Shown here in pieces: positions 29,509 to 39,395 of a stretch of DNA of 64,000 bases (the first letter of the stretch is position 1; each line of letters starts with the position of its first letter). The translations under genes and the position numbers were made by a program. The DNA comes from Oligoflexia bacterium (GTDB lineage Bacteria; Bdellovibrionota; UBA1018), in the NCBI GenBank assembly GCA_963758495.1, contig CAVWVI010000001.1, forward strand, positions 480,001 to 544,000. The letters run 5' to 3'. Below the pieces are notes generated by a model. That model had not been told where the DNA came from. It saw only the letters and a program-made list of their open reading frames with translations, and ran no database searches.

Positions 29509-31083
29509 ATGTTGAATCGTCTAAAACTGATGCATCTGACTTTTCTAATTCTTCTTTCACAGATGAGTTATCAGATGAGTTATAGCAGCGATAGTCCAAA
29601 TCCTGGAGGATACCATTTTCCAGCTGAACACTGTAAGGATGCATGGTCTGAAGTCAAATCCGAAGACTACTTATATGACTTTGTAAATGATTCAAATATT
29701 TCCAATATTGAAAATGGAGGATATGAAAACTATCTTGAAAGACTGAAAAAAAAGAACCTAATCAGACAGAATTGCCATAAAAACTGGACTGTTTTTATCT
29801 ATATGGCAGCAACAAATGACTTGATACCCTACAGCTATAATAATCTTTATGAAATGGAATCTGGATCCTCTGTTTTTGACTCCTCTACTACGGGGTCAAG
29901 TTTGAGAACCGATGTAATTGTACAATTACATACTCAAAACAATGATAAAACGAGAAGATATCATATTTTTCAAAACCCAGAAAACAAGCCCCTGGAGCTC
30001 TCGAAAGACGAGGCCTTAAAACTTACTGAAAACGATATTCATTCCCCTTTCATTTCAATACCTCATAAAATAACTCGTTCCAAACAAAGCCAACGACTAG
30101 AAGACTTCCTCTCTTGGGGGATCGAAAACTATCCTTCTGAGCACTACCTTTTGATTATCTGGGGTCATGGGAAAAAGGGTGAATTAGCGATAGAAGGGGC
30201 CGATGAGTACCTTGACTTTCCCCGTATCCGTGAAGTACTACAAAATTTTAAAAAATGGACAGGTTCTTCTATTGATGTCTTTGCTACAGACTCTTGCCTA
30301 TGCCAAACCATAGAAGATGTAACTGAACTTTCTGGATGTACCGATTTTATCTGTGGATCAGAAGGAAGAGAAAGTTTAGCAGGATATCCATACGGCAACC
30401 TTTTGTATCATCTCAATTCAGGGACATTTAATTCAGCCCCAAGCAAATGCACAGGAAGTGAACTTGCATATAGCGAGCCTTATTTGTTAGCCTGGATGAT
30501 TTCACAACTCTACAAAGAGTCGCTAGATCCAGAAAATGGTACTCACAGAAAAATAGATCCAAAAATGTTTTTGAAATTAACCGCAAGTTCAATTTCAACA
30601 AAACATCTTAATTCAACGCTCATTCCAGCGTTACATTATCTAGGAATAGCCCTCAGTAACTTTATTGATGAGAACCCAAAAAGACGACTTCAATTAAATA
30701 TCATGATCCAAGAAAAGCCTTTTTTTGAAGATGACACACAAGACTTAGGTATCTTACTTAAAAAATTGAACACTCTTATACAGAAAGAAATCACAAACAA
30801 TAATGAAAACCCCACGCCTTCATTGTTAAAGCTAAAAAAAGCGCTAACCGATACTTATAACGCACTCAGCTATACTATCGTAAACGCAGCCCTAGGAAAA
30901 GAATACTCAGAATTTGATCCAAAGAAAGAATACGGACCAATGGGAATCTCAGTCTGGCTTCCTAGAACTATTCAAAGTTTCAAAAGCAGAATTGATAAAC
31001 TCTCAAAATCACTTTTCTATACTTATAGAATACCAAGCAAAGGATTAGGTTGGCAAACCTGGATTATGAAACTGTACGAGTGA
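29509..31083 (+). CDS. Secreted clostripain-family (C11) cysteine peptidase
   Basis: Signal peptide; WTVFIYMAATNDL, YLLIIWGHG (His), FATDSCL (Cys), GSE, GISVWLP. Confidence 0.88.
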   Translation: MLNRLKLMHLTFLILLSQMSYQMSYSSDSPNPGGYHFPAEHCKDAWSEVKSEDYLYDFVNDSNISNIENGGYENYLERLKKKNLIRQNCHKNWTVFIYMAATNDLIPYSYNNLYEMESGSSVFDSSTTGSSLRTDVIVQLHTQNNDKTRRYHIFQNPENKPLELSKDEALKLTENDIHSPFISIPHKITRSKQSQRLEDFLSWGIENYPSEHYLLIIWGHGKKGELAIEGADEYLDFPRIREVLQNFKKWTGSSIDVFATDSCLCQTIEDVTELSGCTDFICGSEGRESLAGYPYGNLLYHLNSGTFNSAPSKCTGSELAYSEPYLLAWMISQLYKESLDPENGTHRKIDPKMFLKLTASSISTKHLNSTLIPALHYLGIALSNFIDENPKRRLQLNIMIQEKPFFEDDTQDLGILLKKLNTLIQKEITNNNENPTPSLLKLKKALTDTYNALSYTIVNAALGKEYSEFDPKKEYGPMGISVWLPRTIQSFKSRIDKLSKSLFYTYRIPSKGLGWQTWIMKLYE

Positions 31084-31119
31084 GAACAAGAATGACAATA
31101 GATTAAGCAAATCTTCCTC

Positions 31120-32583
31120 TCAAACTAATTTTACTTTTGCATTTGTCTTATTATTTATTAGGTCCTTTGGATCCAGCCCCACAATTTGAGCTAAAGGATG
31201 TAAAAAATTTGAATCCATTGTCTCGTAATGCAGAAGAAAAATTCTCTTCACAGCCTCTCTCGGCGTAATTTTAGACTGCTCCTTACCTTCCCCAATTACA
31301 AGGTCACAAAACTCATCGCAAACAGCAATAAGTCGAGCAACTGGGTGAATTCTGCTTTTTGTAAGTTTGAGAGGATATCCAGTTCCTATATTATTTTCAT
31401 GATGTTGTTTAATAATTTGTAAAATATCATCTGAAAAACAACTACTCTTAGAGAGAATCTCAACACCCTTTGCGACATGAGCTTCTAAAGCTTTAACTTC
31501 ACTACCTTTTAGCTCAGATCGCTTTTTATCCAATATTGCAGAATCTATTTCTTTCATCCCAATATCATGAAACATCCCAGCAATAGAAATCTTACTAAGA
31601 GTCTGAGGGGAGTTCCAACCCAGTTTCTTAGCAACTAAACAAGCATACATACTTACTGCGATGCTATGAGCATAGAGTTGGTCCGAACTATTTTTGATCG
31701 TTTCTAATAAACCCAGTATGTTACTACTATCCATCAAAATATCTAAGACCGACTCGGTAATTGCCATTGCTGAGTCTAAATCATCCTCATTAATTTCAGT
31801 CGAACACATTTTCTCAAGAATAACATCTGTAGTATGCTTTGCCAGAGTCAGCTTCTTATTTGAATTTAAATTCGGACTAGTGACGGCTGCCTTAGTTAGC
31901 ATTACCGTAAATTGATAATATTTTTTAAATTCCTCTTTAGTAAGGTATAAAAACCTGATCCCTTTAAGTTTATATGAATAAATTCTTTCAGCAGGAAGAT
32001 CCTCTCCTCTATGAGCAATCTTGACAAATCTATTATGAGCTAATCGAATATAAATTCCAAAATTGATTTGCTTCCCAAAAATAAAATCATCAATACTTAA
32101 TTTGCTATACTCCCCTTCGTAATTAATTCCGCAATCGCTTTTTTTGAAATCATCTTTTTTAAAAAAGCTCTTTAAAATAGAAAGCAGCTCATCCTTTTTA
32201 AATGGCTTTGCAAGAAAGCCCTCTGCTCCAGCAGTATATGCCTCTTTTGTTTCAGCTAATTCCGTGAATCCTGTCATTAAAACTACGGGAACTTTAAATT
32301 TCTGTTTAATAAAATGTAATAACTCAACCCCGTTTACCTTGCTTGTAGGCATGTGAATATCTGAAATAACTGCATCAAATTTTTCCACGCCCATGAGTTC
32401 TGTTGCAGCCTTGCCATTCATCGCTGTTTTTATTTCATAACCTGATGCAACCAAAATATTCTTTAGCGCTTCCCTAAAGGCATCCTCATCTTCGACAACC
32501 AAAATACGTCGCGCTGACTTTTTCTCAGCTTTAGACTCAGCTGCCTGTGGTTCAGCTGCTTTACCTACTGCCTTGTTTTCCAC
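31120..32583 (-). CDS. Response regulator with HD-GYP phosphodiesterase domain
   Basis: REC motifs VVEDE/ISDIHMP/AKPF; FHDIG, HHE..GTGYP. Confidence 0.92.
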   Translation of the reverse strand: MENKAVGKAAEPQAAESKAEKKSARRILVVEDEDAFREALKNILVASGYEIKTAMNGKAATELMGVEKFDAVISDIHMPTSKVNGVELLHFIKQKFKVPVVLMTGFTELAETKEAYTAGAEGFLAKPFKKDELLSILKSFFKKDDFKKSDCGINYEGEYSKLSIDDFIFGKQINFGIYIRLAHNRFVKIAHRGEDLPAERIYSYKLKGIRFLYLTKEEFKKYYQFTVMLTKAAVTSPNLNSNKKLTLAKHTTDVILEKMCSTEINEDDLDSAMAITESVLDILMDSSNILGLLETIKNSSDQLYAHSIAVSMYACLVAKKLGWNSPQTLSKISIAGMFHDIGMKEIDSAILDKKRSELKGSEVKALEAHVAKGVEILSKSSCFSDDILQIIKQHHENNIGTGYPLKLTKSRIHPVARLIAVCDEFCDLVIGEGKEQSKITPREAVKRIFLLHYETMDSNFLHPLAQIVGLDPKDLINNKTNAKVKLV

Positions 32584-32632
32584 TTAACCTCAACTCAAAG
32601 AGAAATAAATTAGATTTATAATCACTCTTAAC

Positions 32633-32659
32633 TTATCGGATATTTTCAAAAAATATAAA
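32633..32659 (-). promoter_or_regulatory. sigma-28-like promoter of the REC-HD-GYP gene
   Basis: TTTA-N15-TCCGATAA on the minus strand. Confidence 0.45.
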
Positions 32660-32724
32660 CGAATTCAATAAAATATATAAATAACTAATATATATTACTC
32701 TATATTTACAAAATGTTATGTTGG

Positions 32725-34020
32725 TTAAGAAAATATAATTGAGTGGTAATTTTTCTTACCTTTTCTAAGAAAGATGTACTTTTCATGAACTAAGTGAATG
32801 ACTCCTACTTTAAGCGTAGCATCCGTTACTCTTTGATTATTAAGGTAGATTCCACCACCCTGAATGTCTTGTCGAGCTTGTCCCTTTGAGTTTACGAGTT
32901 TCGTTTCTACTAGTAAATCTACAATTGAAATACTCAACTCAAGATCTTTCTTGAATTTTGCTGTAGAAGGAGCATTAGATATCAACTCATTGAGAGTTTG
33001 AATATCAAGTTCCGTAATGTCACCGTTAAAAAGAGAGCTGGAAGCGGCTTGAACTTTACGAAATTCATCTTCACCATGAACCAAAACCGTCAATTCTTTG
33101 GCAAGAGCCGTTTGCGCGTCACGTTTTTCAGGAGCTGATTTAAGCAGGTTCTCAAGACTTTGAATTTCTTCAAGACTTAAAAATGTAAAATAACGTAAAT
33201 ATTTAATGACGTCTTGATCAGGTGTTCGAAGAAAAAACTGATAAAATTGATAAGGACTTGTTTTATCTTCCGAAAGCCAGATTGATCCAGACTCAGACTT
33301 TCCAAACTTTGTACCATCTGCTTTAGTAACAAGAGGCCAGGTAAATCCAAAAGCAGGAGTTTTTTCTAAATCTTGATGGGCGTTTTTTCGCCTAATTAAC
33401 TCAATTCCAGCAGTAATATTCCCCCACTGGTCCGATCCCCCTACTTGAAGATTACATCCATTTTCTTTATTTAAAATATAAAAGTCATAGGCTTGCAATA
33501 TCATGTATGAAAACTCTGTATAGGACAGCCCATGTTCTCGATCTTCAATCCGTGACTGAACGGATTCTTTGGCTAACATATAATTCACAGTAAAATGCTT
33601 CCCTACGTCACGCAGGAACTCCACGACTGTGATCTCTTTGAACCAGTTAAAATTATTAATAAGCAGTGTCCTGGAGGAAGCATTCTCTTCAAAATCAATA
33701 AAGCGAGAAATCACGCGACTGATGCCTTCAACGTTTTTTTCAATCTGTTGGGCATTTAAAAGCAGTCTTTCTTGATTTTTTCCACTTGGGTCACCAATCA
33801 TTCCAGTGGCACCACCGACTACTGCAATCACACGATGGCCCGCACGCTGAAATCTTCTCAAAGTCACCAAACCCAAAAGGTTACCTACATGGAGACTATC
33901 AGAAGTTGGATCAATCCCAGAATAAACAGTGACCTTATTTTCGTTCAAGTATTGCCTTAAAAATGGATCAGTAACTTGATGGATAAGACCTCTGGCTTCT
34001 AATTCTTCATATAGGTTCAT
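32725..34020 (-). CDS. tyrS: Tyrosine--tRNA ligase
   Basis: GIDPTSDSLHVGN, GGSDQWGN, KFGKS, C-terminal S4 domain. Confidence 0.99.
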   Translation of the reverse strand: MNLYEELEARGLIHQVTDPFLRQYLNENKVTVYSGIDPTSDSLHVGNLLGLVTLRRFQRAGHRVIAVVGGATGMIGDPSGKNQERLLLNAQQIEKNVEGISRVISRFIDFEENASSRTLLINNFNWFKEITVVEFLRDVGKHFTVNYMLAKESVQSRIEDREHGLSYTEFSYMILQAYDFYILNKENGCNLQVGGSDQWGNITAGIELIRRKNAHQDLEKTPAFGFTWPLVTKADGTKFGKSESGSIWLSEDKTSPYQFYQFFLRTPDQDVIKYLRYFTFLSLEEIQSLENLLKSAPEKRDAQTALAKELTVLVHGEDEFRKVQAASSSLFNGDITELDIQTLNELISNAPSTAKFKKDLELSISIVDLLVETKLVNSKGQARQDIQGGGIYLNNQRVTDATLKVGVIHLVHEKYIFLRKGKKNYHSIIFS

Positions 34021-34229
34021 ACCCCTACCTAACCAAAACTAACAATAAAAAGTCAAGTATTCTTTGCAATGCATGACTTACATTACTCTGGAGAATTGAT
34101 CTATATCAGTCCAAACTGATATTATATGCACAGAATGCTTTCTAGATAGGTTTGCTGAGAAAGCCAAAAGATCTTTTATAGATTTACTGCACGAATTACT
34201 AAACAAGCTCCAAGGGTTGGGCCCACACT

Positions 34230-34526
34230 ATGACCGGCATTCATTTCCATACTCGAAGCAGAAAACTCACTGTAAAATGTTATCGTAACCTTAACCTACT
34301 CGCCCATGCTCAACTGGAAGAAGTAGAAATAGGAAGCCGTTGCGGTGGACATGGCATTTGCGGCGGTGACAAAATCCATATCAATGGAAAACCAGGAGAA
34401 ATTTCTGCAGTCACTGATATTGAAAGAAGTCACCTCACCTCCGATGAAATTAACTCAGGCTGGCGGTTAGGATGTCAATGCTGGCCAAACCAAGACGACT
34501 TAGACTTTGAAGTTTCTGTGGATTAG
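34230..34526 (+). CDS. 2Fe-2S ferredoxin-like protein
   Basis: CGGHGICGGD and WRLGCQ; the third Cys position appears as Asp. Confidence 0.8.
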   Translation: MTGIHFHTRSRKLTVKCYRNLNLLAHAQLEEVEIGSRCGGHGICGGDKIHINGKPGEISAVTDIERSHLTSDEINSGWRLGCQCWPNQDDLDFEVSVD

Positions 34527-34541
34527 GTCAGTCTATCGCTT

Positions 34542-34805
34542 TTATAACCCAGACCTTCCAGTCCTGAGTGCACGAAAACATTCTTGTTGAATTTGCTCAA
34601 GTGGATGAACTCCCTCTTCGTATTCATTCACGATCTCGGAAGGCGCAAAAGGATGATCCTGACTTAATAATACCCGCACAATCTGTCTTTGACTCCCGTT
34701 ATCCTGAGACAGAGTCGACGACTGGAGAACTTCTAAAACAAGTTGACCTTCCCAGCCGTTTGCTTGAAGGAGATCATAAATTTCGTCTAAAAAGCTCATT
34801 CTCAT
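34542..34805 (-). CDS. Hypothetical protein
   Basis: 87-aa ORF whose start overlaps the upstream stop codon. Confidence 0.55.
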   Translation of the reverse strand: MRMSFLDEIYDLLQANGWEGQLVLEVLQSSTLSQDNGSQRQIVRVLLSQDHPFAPSEIVNEYEEGVHPLEQIQQECFRALRTGRSGL

Positions 34806-36685
34806 GTGATCTCTTCCCTCTCTTTAAAAGTAGCCTTCTTAGGAATAGTCATCACTCCTACAGTCAAATCATCAGGTAAATTTTGACCGGCGTCTCCTAA
34901 AAAGTCTTTTATTTTTCCAATGACCTCAAATGAAATATGGATCGCTTGCCCATCACACTGTTTATAGAGCTCTGATATGAACTCAAATAACTTCATACTT
35001 CTTAAAACTTCCGCCTTGGCGTTTGAGACTTTCAACAGACCAGGCGAATACCAAAAAATCAGATCACCCGGCTTGAGTTGATAGGAATCTACTTCAACTT
35101 TTAAAGCATTACTTCCACCTAAGGGTGGATGACTTTTTAAATTAAGAGGCTCAAAGTGATCAGCAGGATCACGCGAATTTCCTCCTAACTCTATGCGGTG
35201 CAAATAAGGAACAGGAAAGGAGGAGTTCACTATTTGAATCTCACCCGTATAAGTATCTATGAGTGAAATAAAGCAACTCATTTTTTTCCTGCCTTGAGTG
35301 GCCTCATAAATCACTCCATTCAAATATTGCACCAAAATTTTTAATTCCGGTGCCTTTTGGAAGGGAACAAGCTGAGTTAGCATTCCGAAGGAGCTTATGG
35401 CTCCATGAGCTGCCGCAGTTAACATGGCCGAAGATAAACCGACGCCATCTGCCTTACCCATCATAAAAATGACATATTCACCGATTTTCTGATAATGCCA
35501 CCAATCACCCCCAAACAAGCTAGCTTGAATGGATCGGGCTGAAAAGCTAATTTGTGATTGATCAAGGGACTGATGAGGAATAAAATGAGCATTCACATTC
35601 GAAAGGATTTCCCTTTCTTGTTTGGCCTCAATATTATTTGATGATTCACTCACAATTTGATCGATTTTTTCGGCCATTAAATTGAAAGAAGTGGCCAAAG
35701 TTCCAATCTCATCCTCTCCCATTCCTTTTGTATCGATTCGAGATGAGAAATCTCCTTGACTCACTTTCTTAATGATCGATGCCATTGCCCTTAATCCTTG
35801 CGTCACTGGCTTAATCAATACAAGCATGAAACCAATTGAAATTAAAATAACACTGACACCTAATAAGATAGTGCGCGCAAAAAATGCTTGAATAGCGCCA
35901 AATGCAATCTTATCAGGGATCAGTCCTACTACCGTAAGCTCTTTTACATTTAAACGGCGAAAAGCCATCAAAAAATATTCGCTTTTAGATGACCATTTTT
36001 TTACACCATGAAATATCTTTTCATCTAGGATTGAGTTAAGAAGGTCTTTCATTTCCGACCCAGTAATTCCACGACTCTCTGAGTTGTTTACAAAGAGAGG
36101 ATTTCCAAGTGAGTCTAAAAGATAGATTTGAAACTCTGTAGAGATCTCCGGTAAATTAAGATCGGGTGAAGCTAAAAAGAAATACGCAGTTCCTCCTCCT
36201 TTTGGATTGCGAATTAAAGTTCCAATAGCAAGATCTCCAGAGGTCGCTTTTCCAACCAAAACGGGATCATTAAGATATCGAATATGGTCCCATCCCAATT
36301 GATCTAAATAGTGAAGGAGAGATACATCATCACCTTCCAATGGTGCCAACTTTTTAAAACTCCCATCTTTTGAAAGATCCATAACCAAAAAACGCTTTAA
36401 CTTCAGTTTTTTTGAATAATCAGTAAATATGTTTTTAACGCCGTCCCAATCCGATTTGATGGCCTTTGTTTGAATTAATTGAGCTATAAGCAAAATATTT
36501 TGTATCTGATTATCTACAGCATTCGATGCCAATGTAACTTGAGTCAAATTATAGTCCATTAAATAGGAACCTTTATCATCCATAAAAACAGAAATATTCA
36601 TGGCAAGGACAGATGCCAATCCAATGATAAAAGCTGCCGTCATGAGCACAATAATTTTAGTTCGAACTGAAATCGAGTTCATCAC
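34802..36685 (-). CDS. Membrane sensor with HAMP and SpoIIE/PP2C-like domains (degenerate active site)
   Basis: Two TMs, DEIGTLATSFNLM HAMP, GGDWW, LKPGDLIFWYSPGL, DDLT. Confidence 0.88.
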   Translation of the reverse strand: MMNSISVRTKIIVLMTAAFIIGLASVLAMNISVFMDDKGSYLMDYNLTQVTLASNAVDNQIQNILLIAQLIQTKAIKSDWDGVKNIFTDYSKKLKLKRFLVMDLSKDGSFKKLAPLEGDDVSLLHYLDQLGWDHIRYLNDPVLVGKATSGDLAIGTLIRNPKGGGTAYFFLASPDLNLPEISTEFQIYLLDSLGNPLFVNNSESRGITGSEMKDLLNSILDEKIFHGVKKWSSKSEYFLMAFRRLNVKELTVVGLIPDKIAFGAIQAFFARTILLGVSVILISIGFMLVLIKPVTQGLRAMASIIKKVSQGDFSSRIDTKGMGEDEIGTLATSFNLMAEKIDQIVSESSNNIEAKQEREILSNVNAHFIPHQSLDQSQISFSARSIQASLFGGDWWHYQKIGEYVIFMMGKADGVGLSSAMLTAAAHGAISSFGMLTQLVPFQKAPELKILVQYLNGVIYEATQGRKKMSCFISLIDTYTGEIQIVNSSFPVPYLHRIELGGNSRDPADHFEPLNLKSHPPLGGSNALKVEVDSYQLKPGDLIFWYSPGLLKVSNAKAEVLRSMKLFEFISELYKQCDGQAIHISFEVIGKIKDFLGDAGQNLPDDLTVGVMTIPKKATFKEREEIT

Positions 36686-36692
36686 TCTCTTC

Positions 36693-36730
36693 TTATCGAA
36701 TATTTATGAATTTAATTGAACTTCCGATAA
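36693..36730. promoter_or_regulatory. Overlapping divergent sigma-28-like promoters
   Basis: Minus: TCAA-N15-TTCGATAA (36719-36693). Plus: TTAT-N15-TCCGATAA (36704-36730). Confidence 0.5.
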
Positions 36731-36775
36731 TTAAAATAAGGTCTAAACAGATGAACCTAATGGAATTACTTACGG

Positions 36776-37888
36776 ATGAGCAGAACTAAAACCAAAATTC
36801 GGTATGTAAATACCCGATTTTCTTCAGAATGGATCCTCGCTGGAGTCTGTATCATTTTGGGCATGATTGGGCTTCAATTCTCTTATAATTTTCGCTTTCT
36901 GAATTATATTATGCACACCCATGAAATTTCGACATCTATAGGAACAGTTGTCAAAATAGATGGACAAATCCAATATGAAAGGAAAAACCATAGCGCACCG
37001 CAATACACTCATCATTCTACGACCATTTTTAATGGTAATTCTATTCTAACCGGAGAAAAAGGTGTTGCTCTTTTTACATTAAAGATGGGAGCCCAACTTA
37101 AACTTTTTCCAAAAACTAAATTATCTATTTCCGTTGAATCAGATACCCAACCGGACGACATGACTTTAGGGAGCTTCCTAAATCCATGGTTTTCTGAATC
37201 CTTGAAGCCTGGTTTTATTTTAAACCTTCAAGAAGGTACTGTAGAAATCAGCTTGAATGAAAAATTAAAAAATTTTAAAATCTTGGCAAAATCTTTACCA
37301 TTTGAATTTTGGAACGACAACCCTACTGGAATCATAAAATTAGAAGTCAAGCCAGATCAGGTAAATCCCGTCATCGTAATGACCCCTAACAATATAAGTA
37401 AATTACAATTGAAATTTCACCCTCAAAAACCACCTGTTTTGATTAGTGCTAATAGAAAATGGTCAGTCATGCAAAATGGAGCAAAATTAGAACTCGTTAC
37501 TGAAGAATTAAGCAATGATTCATTAGACATTTCTAATAAAAAAACCATGACTCCCTTTATTCCAGACATTCTTGGTCCCACACAAGGAGCTCGATTTATT
37601 TCAGACATCAACGAAAAAGAAGAAGTCATTCTTCGCTGGAAACAAATTCCAAGTGATCTGACATCAGAAGTAGAAGTTCGACGCTTCGATGATCCTGACT
37701 TTAAAGCAAGTCCACAAGTGATGCGTTCAGGTGCAACAGTGAGCCTCCCTGATGGAACTTACAATTGGAAAATACGCACTACTAACACAAACAATCAACG
37801 ATCAGAATGGTCGCCGACCCATGAGTTTACTATTCAGGAGTCCACTCGGGGTTCTATCCCGCGAACTCTTTTACAACCTACAAACTAA
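36776..37888 (+). CDS. FecR-domain membrane protein with C-terminal FN3-like module
   Basis: One TM; IFNGNSILTG..LKLFPKT..LNLQEGTV FecR pattern; LRW..DGTYNWKIR..SEWS. Confidence 0.7.
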   Translation: MSRTKTKIRYVNTRFSSEWILAGVCIILGMIGLQFSYNFRFLNYIMHTHEISTSIGTVVKIDGQIQYERKNHSAPQYTHHSTTIFNGNSILTGEKGVALFTLKMGAQLKLFPKTKLSISVESDTQPDDMTLGSFLNPWFSESLKPGFILNLQEGTVEISLNEKLKNFKILAKSLPFEFWNDNPTGIIKLEVKPDQVNPVIVMTPNNISKLQLKFHPQKPPVLISANRKWSVMQNGAKLELVTEELSNDSLDISNKKTMTPFIPDILGPTQGARFISDINEKEEVILRWKQIPSDLTSEVEVRRFDDPDFKASPQVMRSGATVSLPDGTYNWKIRTTNTNNQRSEWSPTHEFTIQESTRGSIPRTLLQPTN

Positions 37889-39351
37889 GTTTTATTTATG
37901 AGCACTAGACCTGAATCTCTCCACTCGTAAAGTTCAGAAATCCGCGTCTCGGAATGAGGATCTGGCGAGGACTTTGGACGAATCCAAGCAAAGCATTTTC
38001 GGCCATAGGGTTTTGTACATTCTACATCATGGAAGGCTGGCGACCAAGTGCCTGTATTAATCACTTCTATGCCATCGACAACTTTATGATTCTCAAAATG
38101 TGTATGACCTTGCACTATTCTCTTCACATTTACAATGCGAGCACATAAAGGCGCAAGTTCCGCAGCTGCATTTTGCGTCTCTTCTACTTCTGACTGAACC
38201 GATCTTGAATAAAATATAAAAATGGGAATTAATAATACTAATGGAATAACAAACCCCCATACTGAAACGTGAGCAAAAATATTTAGGAAAGAAAATATTT
38301 GAAAACTTCCAAATAAAATTAAAACTAAAAATATCGCCCGATCTAACCAGAGCTCCCTTAAAATTTTAATTGGATTGAAAATGGCAGGATGAACATGAAC
38401 TGCTTTTAACGCTAGGACAATCGATACGGTTGCATTAGCTCTTGCCGCAATATCTTTGATTCGAGCATCTACTGTCAGTGGATCTCGCATAGGAGGTAAA
38501 AAGCCTTCCATAAGAGAATAAATCAAAGTCACTAAAGCACTCCAAAACCAAGTCCACAAAAGAAAGGGTTGAGTTCTCATCATATATTTATAATAAAATC
38601 CGACGTATTCCCATACCGAATTTTTTATGTAACTATCCGTAGCATGTGGATTCATCAATCCCATACCATTGATCATGTATTTCCCAGCCAAATTCCCGAA
38701 CGGAAGTCTCACTTTTATTCTTGAGCCCTTCTTGATTAAGGGGTGAATGGGATTGGAACAAAGACAATAAGCATCATATTGATTTCCGTGCTCTATTAAC
38801 GTGTCTTGGTTGCTAATATAAAACCATTCACAAAATCTAACAGACTCGGCCCTATCCATTGGAAGCTTTAATCTATTTAATAGATCTTCCTGCACCGTGG
38901 GCCAATGCAGCTCCATGTCATGATTACCAATTACAAAAACAACCCGATTTCCTGCTATAATAAACTTCCGTAATGTATCAACCCAGCCAGGATGAGTATC
39001 CAGAATCACACCCATTTTATACCTTGATTTCTCTTCCTCAGAAGAGAGCCCCCTAACGCGTTCAAGCCAATTCACGCGAGTATGGAATTTTTCAGGTATC
39101 TTCATAATTGAGTCAAAATCAAAAATGTCACCATTTAAAACCAACTCCACTGAAGAGACTGCTTGCTTGGAAATGTAATTAATTAACGATTCAAAATGTG
39201 AATCCGTAAAATGCTCTGGTCGCTTAAATCGTTTCCATAACAAATTCCGAGGATGTTCCTCTTCCGAATCCGCGAGATGAATATCACTGATCACGACTGT
39301 CTGCTTTGCGGTTGTGAAGTCTTGCATTTTCAATGGTAAGCAGTACCTCAT
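37885..39351 (-). CDS. Calcineurin-like metallophosphoesterase with membrane insertion
   Basis: SDIH, NGDIFD, GNHD, EHG, GHTH, NTGTW; start may be 39327. Confidence 0.9.
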   Translation of the reverse strand: MRYCLPLKMQDFTTAKQTVVISDIHLADSEEEHPRNLLWKRFKRPEHFTDSHFESLINYISKQAVSSVELVLNGDIFDFDSIMKIPEKFHTRVNWLERVRGLSSEEEKSRYKMGVILDTHPGWVDTLRKFIIAGNRVVFVIGNHDMELHWPTVQEDLLNRLKLPMDRAESVRFCEWFYISNQDTLIEHGNQYDAYCLCSNPIHPLIKKGSRIKVRLPFGNLAGKYMINGMGLMNPHATDSYIKNSVWEYVGFYYKYMMRTQPFLLWTWFWSALVTLIYSLMEGFLPPMRDPLTVDARIKDIAARANATVSIVLALKAVHVHPAIFNPIKILRELWLDRAIFLVLILFGSFQIFSFLNIFAHVSVWGFVIPLVLLIPIFIFYSRSVQSEVEETQNAAAELAPLCARIVNVKRIVQGHTHFENHKVVDGIEVINTGTWSPAFHDVECTKPYGRKCFAWIRPKSSPDPHSETRISELYEWRDSGLVLINKT

Positions 39352-39395
39352 TCAAAAAAAACAGGATAGGGTTCTAAATAAATTTCCAAAAATTC

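Noticed and set aside
34021..34229. T-box leader for tyrS
   Set aside because: No T-box sequence or terminator/antiterminator is recognisable.
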